NCBI RefSeq assembly: GCF_001194135.2
Contig: NW_026371731.1
Coordinates: forward strand, 3,213 to 36,024
Source: Octopus bimaculoides
Lineage: Eukaryota
DNA length: 32,812 bases
Direction of reading: 5' to 3'
Shown here: one piece after another, positions 10,852 through 22,390 of the stretch
Layout of the letters: the number at the start of each line of letters is the position of its first letter
How positions within the stretch are numbered: the first letter of the stretch is position 1
Translations under genes and position numbers: made by a program
The notes under the pieces: generated by a model
Told to the model about the DNA's origin: nothing
Databases searched by the model: none
The model's input: the letters and a program-made list of their open reading frames with translations, nothing else

Positions 10852-11473
10852 CTGCAAAAAGAGAATGTTGAACACATACTTAGAGTCATCTCCATGGGGT
10901 AGTGAACAGTACAATTATATGCTTGGGTTTTGGCTGTTAAAGTGCCAGACCCAATGTTGTTAATTAACTTCAACTCAACCTGATACATGTTTATTCAGCC
11001 ATATTGAGATAACTGAGTACATCATCCCATGTGTCCTTCCATTTTTTAAGAAAGTTTGTTATGATTTGAGGGAGATTTATTTGCTATTTCTAGCATATTG
11101 AGCCACAACATAAAAGTTCTCCTGTTGGCTCATATGCTATTGCTGTTGATGATGTCGCTGCAAGCAGCCTCAATCTTTTTTTAAGAACCTCAGTCATTTT
11201 AAAGAAATTTTGAGGCACCAAATTCATTTAACCTCCATCAAAAGTTCTTCATTGATTCTGCCCCCACCCCCATCCTCCCACCTAACTCCACCTTTTTTTC
11301 AGACCCGCTGATGTCCATGTTATTGACTTTTTGCACTTTGAGTGCAAGCATAGCCACATGGTTAAGAAGTGAACCTCATAATCATGAGTTCCATGGTTTA
11401 ATTCCATTTTGAAATACTTTAGACAAGTATCTCCTGTCACAGTCTCAAGACTTGTTGAGTGAAATCAGGTAGA

Positions 11474-11556
11474 CATTAGGTTAAAAGTTATTCCAGTTTT
11501 TGAAGTGTTTAAATAAGTGAGATTATAACACTCTCACCTGGACTGGTCAACAGTCC
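11474..11556. repeat. 83-bp direct repeat, copy 2
   Basis: 79/83 identical to 10399-10481 by eye. Confidence 0.9.
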
Positions 11557-11800
11557 TTCACAAGGCCACCCTATCAGGTGGCCTGCATTTTAACCCTTTG
11601 CTTGTCCTGTATGTATGTCACACATGATACACATGATACACAGGATATTCCCCTGGTGTCCATGCATCATATTTGATACACATTCCCAATTCTTTTTCAC
11701 CCACCAGAGTAACGTGAGACTTTCAAAAGGAAGGCATTACATTATTCAGAATGTGTGAAACAAAGGACAAATTAAAAGTTTGGAAACAAGAATGGACATA

Positions 11801-12312
11801 TAGGCGTAGGAGTGGCTGTGTGGTAAGTAGCTTGCTTACCAACCACATGGTTCTGAGTTCAGTCCCACTGCGTGGAACCTTGGGCAAGTGTCTTCTACTA
11901 TAGCCTCGGGCCGACCAAAGCCTTGTGAGTGGATTTGGTAGACGGAAACTGAAAGAAGCCCATCGTATATATGTATATATATATATATATATNNNNNNNN
12001 NNNNNNNNNNNNNNNNNNNNNNNNNNNNNNNNNNNNNNNNNNNNNNNNNNNNNNNNNNNNNNNNNNNNNNNNNNNNNNNNNNNNNNNNNNNNNNNNNNNN
12101 NNNNNNNNNNNNNNNNNNNNNNNNNNNNGTGTGTCTGTGTTCGTCCCCCTCAACATCGCTTGACCAATAGAATAAGTACTAGGCTTACAAAGAATAAGCT
12201 CTGGGGTCGAGTTGCTCGACTAAAGGCGGTGCTCCTGCATGGCCGCAGTCAAATGACTGAAACAAGTAAAAGAGTAAAAGAGTAAAGAGTAAAAGAGTAA
12301 AGAGTAAAAGAG
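11801..12312 (+). mobile_element. SINE family A, full length, spans an N gap
   Basis: AGGCGTAGGAGTGGCTGTGTGGTAAG (A-box-like), GTTCAGTCCC (B-box-like), CCTTGGGCAAGTGTCTT (CORE-like), (GTAAAAGA)n tail. Confidence 0.85.
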
Positions 12313-12964
12313 TATTTAGGACAAACATATGAAAATGCTTTGGACAAGCAAAGGATTAATTCAAGGAATTCAGCCTCGTCATATACAGTATCACACCGAT
12401 TCTGCCTGAGGTTTACATTAAGAGTACACATGTTTATGAAATAATCAGCCATTTTAACTATGATGAACTGGTAGTTCTCTTGATGCTATAATTGTAACAC
12501 ACACTATCAAAATTGTCAGAGGAGCCATTTACTTACATTTATTTCTGCAACCCCTGCATTAAGCATTTAGCCTGATTATTTCTTGCTGAGAGTTTATCCC
12601 TTTACAACAACTCTCTATTGCATTCCTTAAGCCCCTACTACCCAAACCTATAAAATCAAAATTAAATATTGAACTCAAATACTTGCACTTATCCCATACT
12701 AGGAGAACCTAAAAAAAGGGAAATAATCAATGTCTCTTGTACTCATAAATAGTAGTTCACTCTAATGATAGGAATTTCTATACATTCACTTGATCTGCTA
12801 GAAATAACATCCAAATCTCCCTTGTATCACATTCCATCATCATTAATAACAACAAAAAAAAAACATTGAATAATAATGTGCTGGGCATCAAAAATACAGT
12901 ATGGTCAAGGCTTATAACAGTTCTATTCAATAAGGGTCAATTTGGGCTAAACAACACCAATAAT

Positions 12965-13110
12965 AGCAACAATCAATATCAGTTTCAAATTTTGGCAAAG
13001 GGCCAACAGTTTTTGAGAGGAGGGGTAAGTTGATTACATTGACCCAGTCCTTCACTGATATTCGTTTTATTGACCTTGAAAGGGTGAAAGGCAAAGTCAA
13101 CCTTGATGGA
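12965..13110 (-). mobile_element. SINE family B fragment
   Basis: GTTGATTACATTGACCCAGT...GAAAGGCAAAGTCAACCT. Confidence 0.6.
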
Positions 13111-13151
13111 ACTAATAGAAACAATTTATATTAGTATTTACAATATATTAA

Positions 13152-13364
13152 CCCTTTTGTTATCGCAGTTCAACTGAAATATACTGCCTTTCACCAATTA
13201 ATTTTTTTAAATAATGAAGAACTTTTTGTCATTATTAAGCTGATATCTAGAAACAAATTAATATGAAATTTTGATGGAAGATTTTAATTTAGATAACTTT
13301 AAAGGTAGAAGTTTGTATTACAGAACAAAGGGCAGTCTCAGGCAGATTAGGTTAATCAAATGGG
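13152..13364. mobile_element. Second piggyBac-type MITE family
   Basis: TTAA|CCCTTTTGTTA ... TAATCAAATGGG|TTAA; TTAA intact on both sides; body differs from the 2570 family. Confidence 0.6.
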
Positions 13365-13678
13365 TTAATCAAATATGTACATTATTTATCTTTTGATTAG
13401 ATGCAGAATCAATATTTGTAGCAGCAAAGATATCTCCAACCAATGAGAGTTGAACTTAAACTGTGGGTAGACAAAACTAAATACTATTAGAACTTTACCA
13501 CTCCAGCTATTCCATTGCTCCAGCTGTTACCCCTCTTATGTCACTGCAGTACTAATAGCAATTTCTTTAACTAGAACACTGCCACACTTTTTTTTGTTGA
13601 TGTTTACCTCCAGATCAATACTGATCAAGCAATCCTATGATCAAAGTCATTTAAATAAGGATATCTTTTTTTATATAT

Positions 13679-14050
13679 AGGTTCAGATGTGGCTGTGTGG
13701 TAAAATCTTTGCTTCTCAACCATATGGCTCTGGGTTCAGTCCCACTGTGCGGGACTTTGGGCAAATGTCTTCTACTATAGCGTTCAGGCCAACCAAAGCC
13801 TTGTGAGTGGATTTGGTAGACAAAAACTGAAAGAAGCCTGTCTTTGTGTCTGTTTTGTTCTCCTGCCACTGTCTGACAAGCAGTGCTGGTGCATTTATGC
13901 CTCCATATCCAGCAGTTTAGCAAAAAGTGACTGATAAAATAAGTACTATGATTTTTAAAAAAAGTTTCGGGGTCAGTTCATTCGACTGAAATTCTTCAAG
14001 GCAGTGCCCCAGCATGGCCACAGTCTAATGACTGAAACAAGTAAAAAAAA
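13679..14050 (+). mobile_element. SINE family A
   Basis: Head, core and tail as in other copies. Confidence 0.8.
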
Positions 14051-14199
14051 TACAAGATCTAAGACTACATTATCTAGAGAGTAGCTGTTGCTGTTTAGTC
14101 TTAGAGCAGGCTTATGATCAAAATATATTCCAACTATGACCACCACCCTGTTTTCTTAGGCACATGCATGATTAAACTGACTGATGTGTCCTTTTTTTG

Positions 14200-14410
14200 C
14201 AGCAATGAAGAAGATAAAACTGGTATGACCCAATGGAGGGTGTTTTCAAAGTATCTTGTTCATTGAGTCAATGTTGATTTGGCATGAGATATCTAGGTGA
14301 TGTGAATGGTACTTGAGTGTAGGAGGTTAGTATTGTCTGCATAAGAGTTACAACTGTTGGAGATAACTGCATGTAGGTCATTCATACATATACAAGAGAA
14401 AGAGAATGAG
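14200..14410 (-). mobile_element. Decayed LINE RT fragment around the YADD motif
   Basis: FSCICMNDLHAVISNSCNSYADNTNL resembles FxLFINDL...SYADDxxL. Confidence 0.55.
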
Positions 14411-14419
14411 GGGTAGAAC

Positions 14420-14709
14420 TGAATTATGGGGTACAACACATCAACACAAGTTGTCAAGTGGTGGTGGAGGACAAACACAGACACAAAGACACACACACAT
14501 AGATATATACCTATATATACATGATGGGCTTCTTTCAGTTTTTGTCTACAAAATCTACTCACAGCCTGAGGCTACAGTAGGAGACACTTGCCCAAGGTGC
14601 CACGCCATGGGACTGAACTTGCAACCAAGTGGTTGGGAAGCAAGCTTCTTACCTTGCTTCCCAACCACTTGGTTATTGGTTCAGTCCCACTGCATGGCAC
14701 CTTGGGCAA
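14420..14709 (-). mobile_element. SINE family A whose 5' end folds back into an inverted copy
   Basis: Body 14420-14652 on minus; 14653-14709 is the reverse complement of 14588-14644. Confidence 0.75.
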
Positions 14710-14879
14710 TATACATAATAGTATATATAATATAAATTCCTCATTTCAGAAATTGTAGTAATTTTATGCCAAATTACTACACTAAATTCAAAGAACAAAT
14801 TTCTAATTCATTAAAGCAGTGTTTCTCATGGGGGAGGAGGCTACTAGTGAGAATTGAAAAGGAAATGAACAACTTGTTA

Positions 14880-15190
14880 TCTATACATATATAAATGTGA
14901 GTCTGTTTGGTTGTCTGTTTGTGTCAAGTTGCTGTCTACACCCGTTAACAAATTTTCATGAAACTTTGCAAACATGTTAAAGTAACATCCAGTTTGTTAC
15001 TAGTCACATTGAAGCTTAATAAAAATCTATAATTGGATGGCTAGGGCTCCTAGAAGGGGGTCCACATATAAATAATCTATTTTCCTTTGACAGCCAAGGG
15101 AAATAATCCATTCATTTTCTTAGCCAAGGGAAATAACCCAACTTATCCTGACATTTCTGTTCTCATAAATCTAATATTAACAAATGCGAA
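14880..15190 (+). mobile_element. Non-autonomous Helitron-like 5' fragment
   Basis: A|TCTATACATATATAAATGTGAGTCTGTTTGGTTGTCTGTTTG...AATTTTCATGAAACTTTGCA: 5' TC after A, plus GTCT-type microsatellite. No 3' CTAG end identified. Confidence 0.5.
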
Positions 15191-15600
15191 AACTAATTTC
15201 TGTGTGTCACACTTTGACCCCACACCTCCTCACTATTCAATGACACTTCTACTATTCCTTGTGCTGGGGTGAGACTAACAGTAAAGACGGTGAGGGTGGT
15301 GGTGAAGACAGAGAGAGAGTGAGAGAGAAAGAAAGAAAAAGAGAGGGAGAGAAAGAGAGACAAAGAAATTTAGGGAGAGTTGATGATGTTTTATTAAAAG
15401 TAGTAGTGTTGATGGTGACAGTGGGAATAATAATAATAGGAGAGAGACAAAGAGTGGGTATGTGAGAAAAAGAGGGAGATGATGTACAACTTTGTTTAAC
15501 CATGTCTCTTTGACAGAAATTCCTGTGGCCAACATACCGAACCAGCATACTGAACACTATCATTTTTGTTTTATTTTTTGCTTCTTGAATATATATATAT

Positions 15601-15973
15601 CATCATCATCATCATCATTGTTTAACGTTCGCTTTCCATGCTAGCATGGGTTGGACGATTTGACTGAGGACTGGTGCAACCGGATGGCTACACCAGGCTC
15701 CAATCTAATTTGGCAGAGTTTCTACAGCTGGATGCCCTTCTTAACGCCAACCACTCAGAGAGTGTAGTGGGTGCTTTTACATGTCACCCGCACGAAAACG
15801 GCCACGCTCGAAATGGTGTCTTTTATGTGCCACCCGCACAAGAGCCAGTCCAGGGGCACTGGCAACGATCTCGCTCGGAAACCCTACAAGGCCAGTCAGG
15901 CGGTACTGGCAACGGTCACGCTCAGGATGGTACATCTTATGTGCCACCCGCACAAGAGCCAGTCCAGGGGCCC
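15601..15973 (-). mobile_element. Family E retroelement, 5'-truncated, young
   Basis: Near-identical to 4795-5160, including (CAT)n tail and minisatellite. Confidence 0.75.
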
Positions 15974-15987
15974 TATATATATATATA

Positions 15988-16611
15988 CAAGGGTGAGTTA
16001 AAAAGTAATGCCATTTTGTTTAGGACAGATATAATTACCAACACAGGAACATGTATCATACATCAAAATGAAGCTGGTCTTCTGTGGATTACATCCCTAC
16101 TTCTCAANNNNNNNNNNTACATCAAAATGAAGCTGGTCTTCTGTGGATTACATCCCTACTTCTCAACATAGTCACCGTTTCTCTCAATAGCAATGTTCCA
16201 CCTTCGAATAAGAGCATGTATCCCTGTCCTGTAAAATTCTGTTCACTGTTCTTTGAGCCACTTCTTCACTACAGTTTTCACTTCCTCATCACTGGACTAT
16301 CATCGTCACTGAACTATCATCTCTTTGGCCCCATGAAAGAGTGTTTGAGAGGCAAACATTATTCCAGTGACGAGGAAGTGAAAACTGTAGAGAAGAAGTG
16401 GCTCAAAGAACAGTCAACAGAATTTTACGGAACAGGGATACATGCTCTCATTCGAAGGTGGATCATTGCTACTGAGGGAAGAGGTGACTATGTTGAGTAG
16501 TAGGGATGTGATCCACAGAGGACCAGCTTCATTTTGATGTATGATACATGTTCCTGTGTTGGTAATTATACTTGTCCTAAACTAAATGGCATTATTTTTG
16601 ACTTACCCTTG
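15988..16611. mobile_element. Fold-back mariner derivative with ~250-bp inverted arms
   Basis: TA|CAAGGGTGAGTTAAAAAGTAATGCC ... GGCATTATTTTTGACTTACCCTTG|TA. Right arm plus loop encode the mariner C-terminus YHLFGPMKECLRGKHYSSDEEVKTVEKKWLKEQSTEFYGTGIHALIRRW...GDYVE*. Confidence 0.9.
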
Positions 16612-16757
16612 TATTGGGATATTCTAACTTTACATATTTTTTCTAATTTGTAAATGTTGTACTAATGTTTGTTCATGCAAAATTACACGGTGTAGACATA
16701 GACATGTTTCCAAACACACACACACATACGCACACAGACACACATATGCACACACAC

Positions 16758-16807
<50 letters not shown>

Positions 16808-17035
16808 TTAATTTTTCATAGACCTTCTTATTTTCCTTCTTGGCACATTAAGGAAAAAAAATGCTTTTAGTGATGAACGCACCCCATCCTTTTTCGTTAT
16901 TTTCCCCATCCTAAAAGAGGTCACTATCCTTGAACTCATGTCCCATGCCAGTAGCTATACAATGGTAAAATAAATAAATAAATAAATGGTAAAAAAAACA
17001 TTCCAAATTGAAAAGAAATCCCTCCTCCTCCCTCT

Positions 17036-17135
17036 CTCTACCTATCTGTCTGTCTATCTATCGACCTACCAATCTATCTATCTATCTATCTATCTACCTA
17101 TCCATCTATCTACCTATACATTTACCTATCTATCT
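17036..17135. repeat. (TCTA)n microsatellite
   Basis: Directly visible. Confidence 0.9.
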
Positions 17136-17343
17136 CACCTAAAAAAAACAAAAACAAAAACAATGTTCTTGTCTTCTAAACAAAACAAAAAAAACACCTG
17201 ATTTATTTAAATGAACAAACTGTTTGCACATTCGCAATTTTATTTGACAAGTTCAAAGATGAACGAAAGCACTAATAATAATGACTGAATAAAAAAATTC
17301 TTTATCCAAAATTCTGACGACTTCCGTTTTTCTCAATACTCAG

Positions 17344-18321
17344 TGAGGGCTGGGAAGAAGATGCTGTCTTCAGAAGTGGGACCATTGGGAGGGTGTACAC
17401 TGTGCATCGTAATCAACAAGAGTGCTTGTTTCTGCATCTACTGCTGCACACTGTCAGAGGTCCTACATCATTCACAGACCATTGAAGACACAATGGGGAT
17501 GTCTGCATGACATACAGAGAAGCCTGTGGCAAACATGGACTACTGAAGGACGATGCTCATTGGGACCAGACACTGGAGGAGTCAGCAGAGCAGCAAGTCA
17601 ACTGCATCCAGCTATTTTCTATCATGTTGATGACATGTGGCTTGGGTGAACTTCTGAAGCTTTAGGGACCCACAAAACCAACATGGCAGAGGACATCCTA
17701 CAAAGGATTCAGCAGAAAATGTTCAATAATGCCATTTACTTGACCTGGACACCTGAGTGCAAGTTATGGGAGGTCAAGGCATTGCCACATTTGGTCTGCC
17801 TCAACCAGAGCAGGCAGCAATCTCACAACAGAGTACCTGTGAGAAATCAGCTATAACATCGAGGAAATGACGACATATATAGCTGATAACGAACAAACTG
17901 ATGGAGGACCAACTTGATGTTTATAAGACCATTATTTTGAGCACTGAAAGTGAAAGAGGAGGTCTTTTTTTTCTGGATGCTCCAGTTCCACCTGGTGGAA
18001 CTGGCAAAACATTTGTCATCAACCTTCTTCTGGCTAAACTGCATCAAATGAAACACATTGCTATAGCAGTGGCATCAAGTGGAATAGCTGCAACTCTGCT
18101 AAGTGGTGGAACTGACTTCACAGTTTGAGTATTCATAACTTATTGGGATTTCCTAAAAACAAGATCCTATGTAAGACATTTCGGTATTATCTGTAAATGC
18201 ACAAAAACTGTTTTAAGAGCTACATACTTTGTATTGTTCTTATTGGATTAGTAAAACAATTATGAGAACAGAACCAAGGGATAAGCCCCGCTTTTCTGGG
18301 AATTACCGGGTACGTCAGCTA
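17344..18321 (+). mobile_element. Helitron RepHel remnant (Pif1-type helicase region), frameshifted
   Basis: IGRVYTVHRNQQECLFLHLLLHTVRGPTSFTD / TYREACGKHGLLKDDAHWDQTLEE / LFFLDAP...GGTGKTFVINLLLAKL...IAVASSGIAATLLSGG; then non-coding sequence ending ACCGGGTACGTCAGCTA, like a Helitron 3' end. Confidence 0.9.
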
Positions 18322-19639
18322 TCTATCTATATATATAAAAATGAGAATGTGTGTCTGTCTGTCTGTCTGTCTGTGTGTGTGAATCCCTAAAACTCGAGAA
18401 CTACGCAACCAATTTCATTCAAATTTTACAGATGCCTTACTTAGGGTTCCAGTTGTGTTTTAGTCAAAAAAATTTTTTAACTTCTTGCAGAGTTCGAGCC
18501 CACGGCAACATAATATCTCCTCCACTATTTAAGTATTACATGTCAAAAGTGAAACAAAAACACTCATGTCAAATACTTTCACTTAAAACATGAAACTATT
18601 CCACTAACTGAAACAATCACATTTCGATACTTTCAGAGAGAGAGAGAGATGTATATGTATACATATACATGTATATGTACACGCATATGTATAGATATAT
18701 ATATAGATATAGATCTATATGCATGTATATGTATACATATGTGTAGAGGTATATATATATAGATGTACATGTAATATGTACACATATATACATATATATA
18801 CATGCATACAGATATCTATACATATATACACCCATCACACACATACACATGCACACAAACACACACATTAGTAATTTGTTTTCTTATCCAAAACTACGTC
18901 AAAAGTACTGAACGGATCTTTATGAAANNNNNNNNNNNNNNNNNNNNNNNNNNNNNNNNNNNNNNNNNNNNNNNNNNNNNNNNNNNNNNNNNNNNNNNNN
19001 NNNNNNNNNNNNNNNNNNNNNNNNNNNNNNNNNNNNNNNNNNNNNNNNNNNNNNNNNNNNNNNNNNNNNNNNNNNNNNNNNNNNNNNNNNNNNNNNNNNN
19101 NNNNNNNNNNNNNNNNNNNNNNNNNNNNNNNNNNNNNNNNNNNNNNNNNNNNNNNNNNNNNNNNNNNNNNNNNNNNNNNNNNNNNNNNNNNNNNNNNNNN
19201 NNNNNNNNNNNNNNNNNNNNNNNNNNNNNNNNTTGTAATTCAACGGTACAACAGTGTAAGACTACCCTTTCAGATATACTTACATTGTGATTTCTGCAAT
19301 GTGGTGCATAAATTGTCAAGTAAATGAGACGCATCTTTGCCTCCACTGATTCACTTGCAAAGTGTTGAGTAAAATTATTTCATTGTAGACCTCCTTTGAA
19401 TCTTTTTATTATCACTGCGACACATAGTCCCCAGTTGGTAACATTGATTTCAAGGCCTTCCCAGATGAGAGACTGGCATTCCACTTAATGTCTATGTTCC
19501 ATGCTGGCATGGATTGGAGAGTTATTAATGTAGAAATATGGTATCGTAGCTACTAACAGTTGAGGGTTGCATAGTCTAGACGGCGTTTTTAGATTTCATT
19601 ATTCTCTTTAACCCGGGCAAAGCTGGGTATTTCTGCTAG
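18322..19639 (+). mobile_element. Non-autonomous Helitron-like element(s), gapped
   Basis: 5' TCTATCTATATATATAAAAATGAGAATGTGTGTCTGTCTG...; 3' ACCCGGGCAAAGCTGGGTATTTCTG-CTAG|T at 19611-19640. The two ends may belong to different copies. Confidence 0.6.
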
Positions 19640-20078
19640 TATTTAATAAAAATAAGATGATTATCCAGCACCATGGTAAATGTAAGAAGAATTATATAGA
19701 TACAGATTCTATTTTGTCTTCTCGTGTATAGAGGGGCATGGAAAATTTCACTAATATTTTGGGGGAAGGCCTGGGATTTGTACTTGAGGAGAACTGCTGC
19801 CATTAAGTGACATTGATAAACTAAAGAACATTATCATGTGGTGGTGGTGGTGGTGGTAGTGGTGATACTGTTTAGCTGGTTAAAGGTGTATTTAAGTAAA
19901 TTTTGGGTGGGTTTTTTGAGCTGTGCTCCATCAAACAAAATATTACAAGATCAACTTCTTAAGTTTCAGGCCTACTCTGATTGGGGAAACCTTATGATCA
20001 AAAGCTATCCGACCATGGACATCCCATATTGTTTTCAGGAATAGTGTATCAGGGGTTACATAATGCACTATGTTTTCT

Positions 20079-20119
<41 letters not shown>

Positions 20120-20454
20120 AAAATGGTAGGATGTAATTTAAGGGAAACTTGGCTGCTATTTCTAGCAGGTCAAGTGGCCACATAGAGGCTTCTTTGCTGA
20201 GTTGGCTCTTTGAGACATCAAGATCGCATTAATTATCATGCTGCTATGGCAACAAATTAACCAATTTCTCTGGGACAGATCTCTGTCTTCTTTTACAAGT
20301 AAACAGGTGAGAAGGAGGAGGACTCAGCAACCACCTCCACCCACTACCCTGTGAAATAAAATAAACATTTAACTGAAAGGAGAGTTAGTAGGTATGAAAG
20401 ACATCAGCTGATGTTAAGTTAAGAGACTGACTATGTTACTATGGAGTTATGGGG

Positions 20455-20675
20455 AGAGAGACCAAAGAAGAAAGAAAGAAAGAAAACCAGATGGGGAAAA
20501 AAGAAAGAATAAAAGAAAGCAAAACTACAAGAAAAGAAAGAAAAGGAAAAAAAGTAAGAAAAAAGGAAAGGAAATAGAAAGAATACAGAATGGAACAAAG
20601 AATAATGGCAAAACAAAGAAAAAAGGGAAGGAAGAAAGAAAAGAAAAGGAGAAAGAAAGAAAATCTTGTGAAGAA
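20455..20675. repeat. Low-complexity A/G-rich tract
   Basis: Directly visible; explains the K/E/R and F/S/L ORFs. Confidence 0.85.
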
Positions 20676-20919
20676 AAATCGTGTCAGAGATGAGAAACTT
20701 TTGTTCTCACTGGTATGGCTGGTTATGTGAAATATTGAAGGATATAGTAAGAAGTAAGGGTTAACAAAATTTGCAGACCTGTCCAACCCATGCCAATGTG
20801 GAGAAACAAAAAAGAGATGCTAACATAATGATTATGATGATATCATTTAGTGAATTTTGTTTCTTGGTTTCTTTATATTTATTATAAAAATTAATATATT
20901 TTCTATATTTTTCTTTAAC

Positions 20920-21270
20920 TTATTTTCAGTCAGTGAACTGTGACTATGCCAGGGTTCAGCTTGAAGAGTTTAGTTGAACAAATTCATTCTGGTATGATAT
21001 TTTTAAGCCTGGTACTTATTGTATGGTGCATTCTGCTGAACCACTAAGTTTCAGAAGGTGTACAAACCAACATCAGTTGTCAAGTGTGTGCATGGAACAC
21101 ACACATACACACAATGGGCTTCCACAGAGTTTCCATCTACCAAATCCACTCACAAGGCATTGGTCAACCCAGAGCTATAGTAGAAGATACTTGCCCTAGG
21201 TGCTACCAAGTGGGACTGAAGCTGAAAGCATGTGATTGCGAAGTGAGCTTCTTAAACTCCGCTCCACACA
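20920..21270 (-). mobile_element. SINE family A, diverged
   Basis: CAAATCCACTCACAAGGC...CTATAGTAGAAGATACTTGCCCTAGG...GGGACTGAA. Confidence 0.7.
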
Positions 21271-21318
<48 letters not shown>

Positions 21319-21339
21319 AAATGTACAGAAAACAAAAGA

Positions 21340-21600
21340 CAAAGGCGGGTGAAGGAACAACAAGTATGTGTATTAGTTTAACACTTGGGAAGAATGGAAA
21401 AGTCTTTGACGTTTTGAGCTTACACTCTTCAATGTAAAGGGTTGAGAGGGGGAAAAATGGAAACAGAAAAACACAGAGAGAGAGAAAGAAAATTTGTAGG
21501 GATTAACGGTTCAACAAGATGAAATGGCTAGAAGAAAGAGGCTGAAGGAAAGGGAGATAATAATGGTGACCTGGACGAACTAAGGTGCGCAAGCACGTAT
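21340..21600 (-). mobile_element. Possible Penelope-like-derived repeat with degenerate hammerhead-like motif
   Basis: Minus strand TTGAAGAGTGTAAGCTCAAAACGTCAAAG resembles CTGANGAG...CGAAACGTC; no protein evidence. Confidence 0.3.
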
Positions 21601-22075
21601 GTGTATGTAAGAATGGTGTATGTGAGTGTGTACGTATGAATGGGGACAAGTGCAATAGTATGTATATGTAGACGAGCTTAAAATTATGTGGGCCTGTGTG
21701 TGTGTATATAAGTAACCTAGTGTGTACATTATATACATATATATATATATATATANNNNNNNNNNNNNNNNNNNNNNNNNNNNNNNNNNNNNNNNNNNNN
21801 NNNNNNNNNNNNNNNNNNNNNNNNNNNNNNNNNNNNNNNNNNNNNNNNNNNNNNNNNNNNNNNNNNNNNNNNNNNNNNNNNNNNNNNNNNNNNNNNNNNN
21901 NNNNNNNNNNNNNNNNNNNNNNNNNNNNNNNNNNNNNNNNNNNNNNNNNNNNNNNNNNNNNNNNNNNNNNNNNNNNNNNNNNNNNNNNNNNNNNNNNNNN
22001 NNNNNNNNNNNNNNNNNNNNNNNNNNNNNNNNNNNNNNNNNNNNNNNNNNNNNNNNNNNNNNNNNNNNNNNNNNN

Positions 22076-22390
22076 CTTATTCTTTGTAAGCCTAGTACTT
22101 ATTCTATTGGTCTCTTTTGCTGAACCACTAAGTGACGGGGACATGAACACACCAGCATCGCTTGTCAAGCAATGCTAGGGGGACAAACACAGACACACAA
22201 ACACACACACATATATATACATATATACGACAGGCTTCTTTCAGTTTCCGTCTACCAAATCCCCTCACAAGGCTTTGGTCGGCCTGAGGCTATAGTAGAA
22301 GACACTTGCCCAAGATACAACGCAGTGGGACTGAACCCAGTACCATATGGTTGGTAAGGAAGCTACTTACCACACAGCCACTCCTGTGCC
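22076..22390 (-). mobile_element. SINE family A
   Basis: Head and core clear; 3' part runs into the gap 21756-22075. Confidence 0.8.

Noticed and set aside
16059-16166. 49-bp tandem duplication inside the mariner element
   Set aside because: It straddles a 10-N gap and is absent from the opposite arm, so it is a contig-overlap artefact.
20240-20253. RFX X-box-like GCTGCTATGGCAAC
   Set aside because: A single imperfect 14-mer with no promoter context or conservation evidence.
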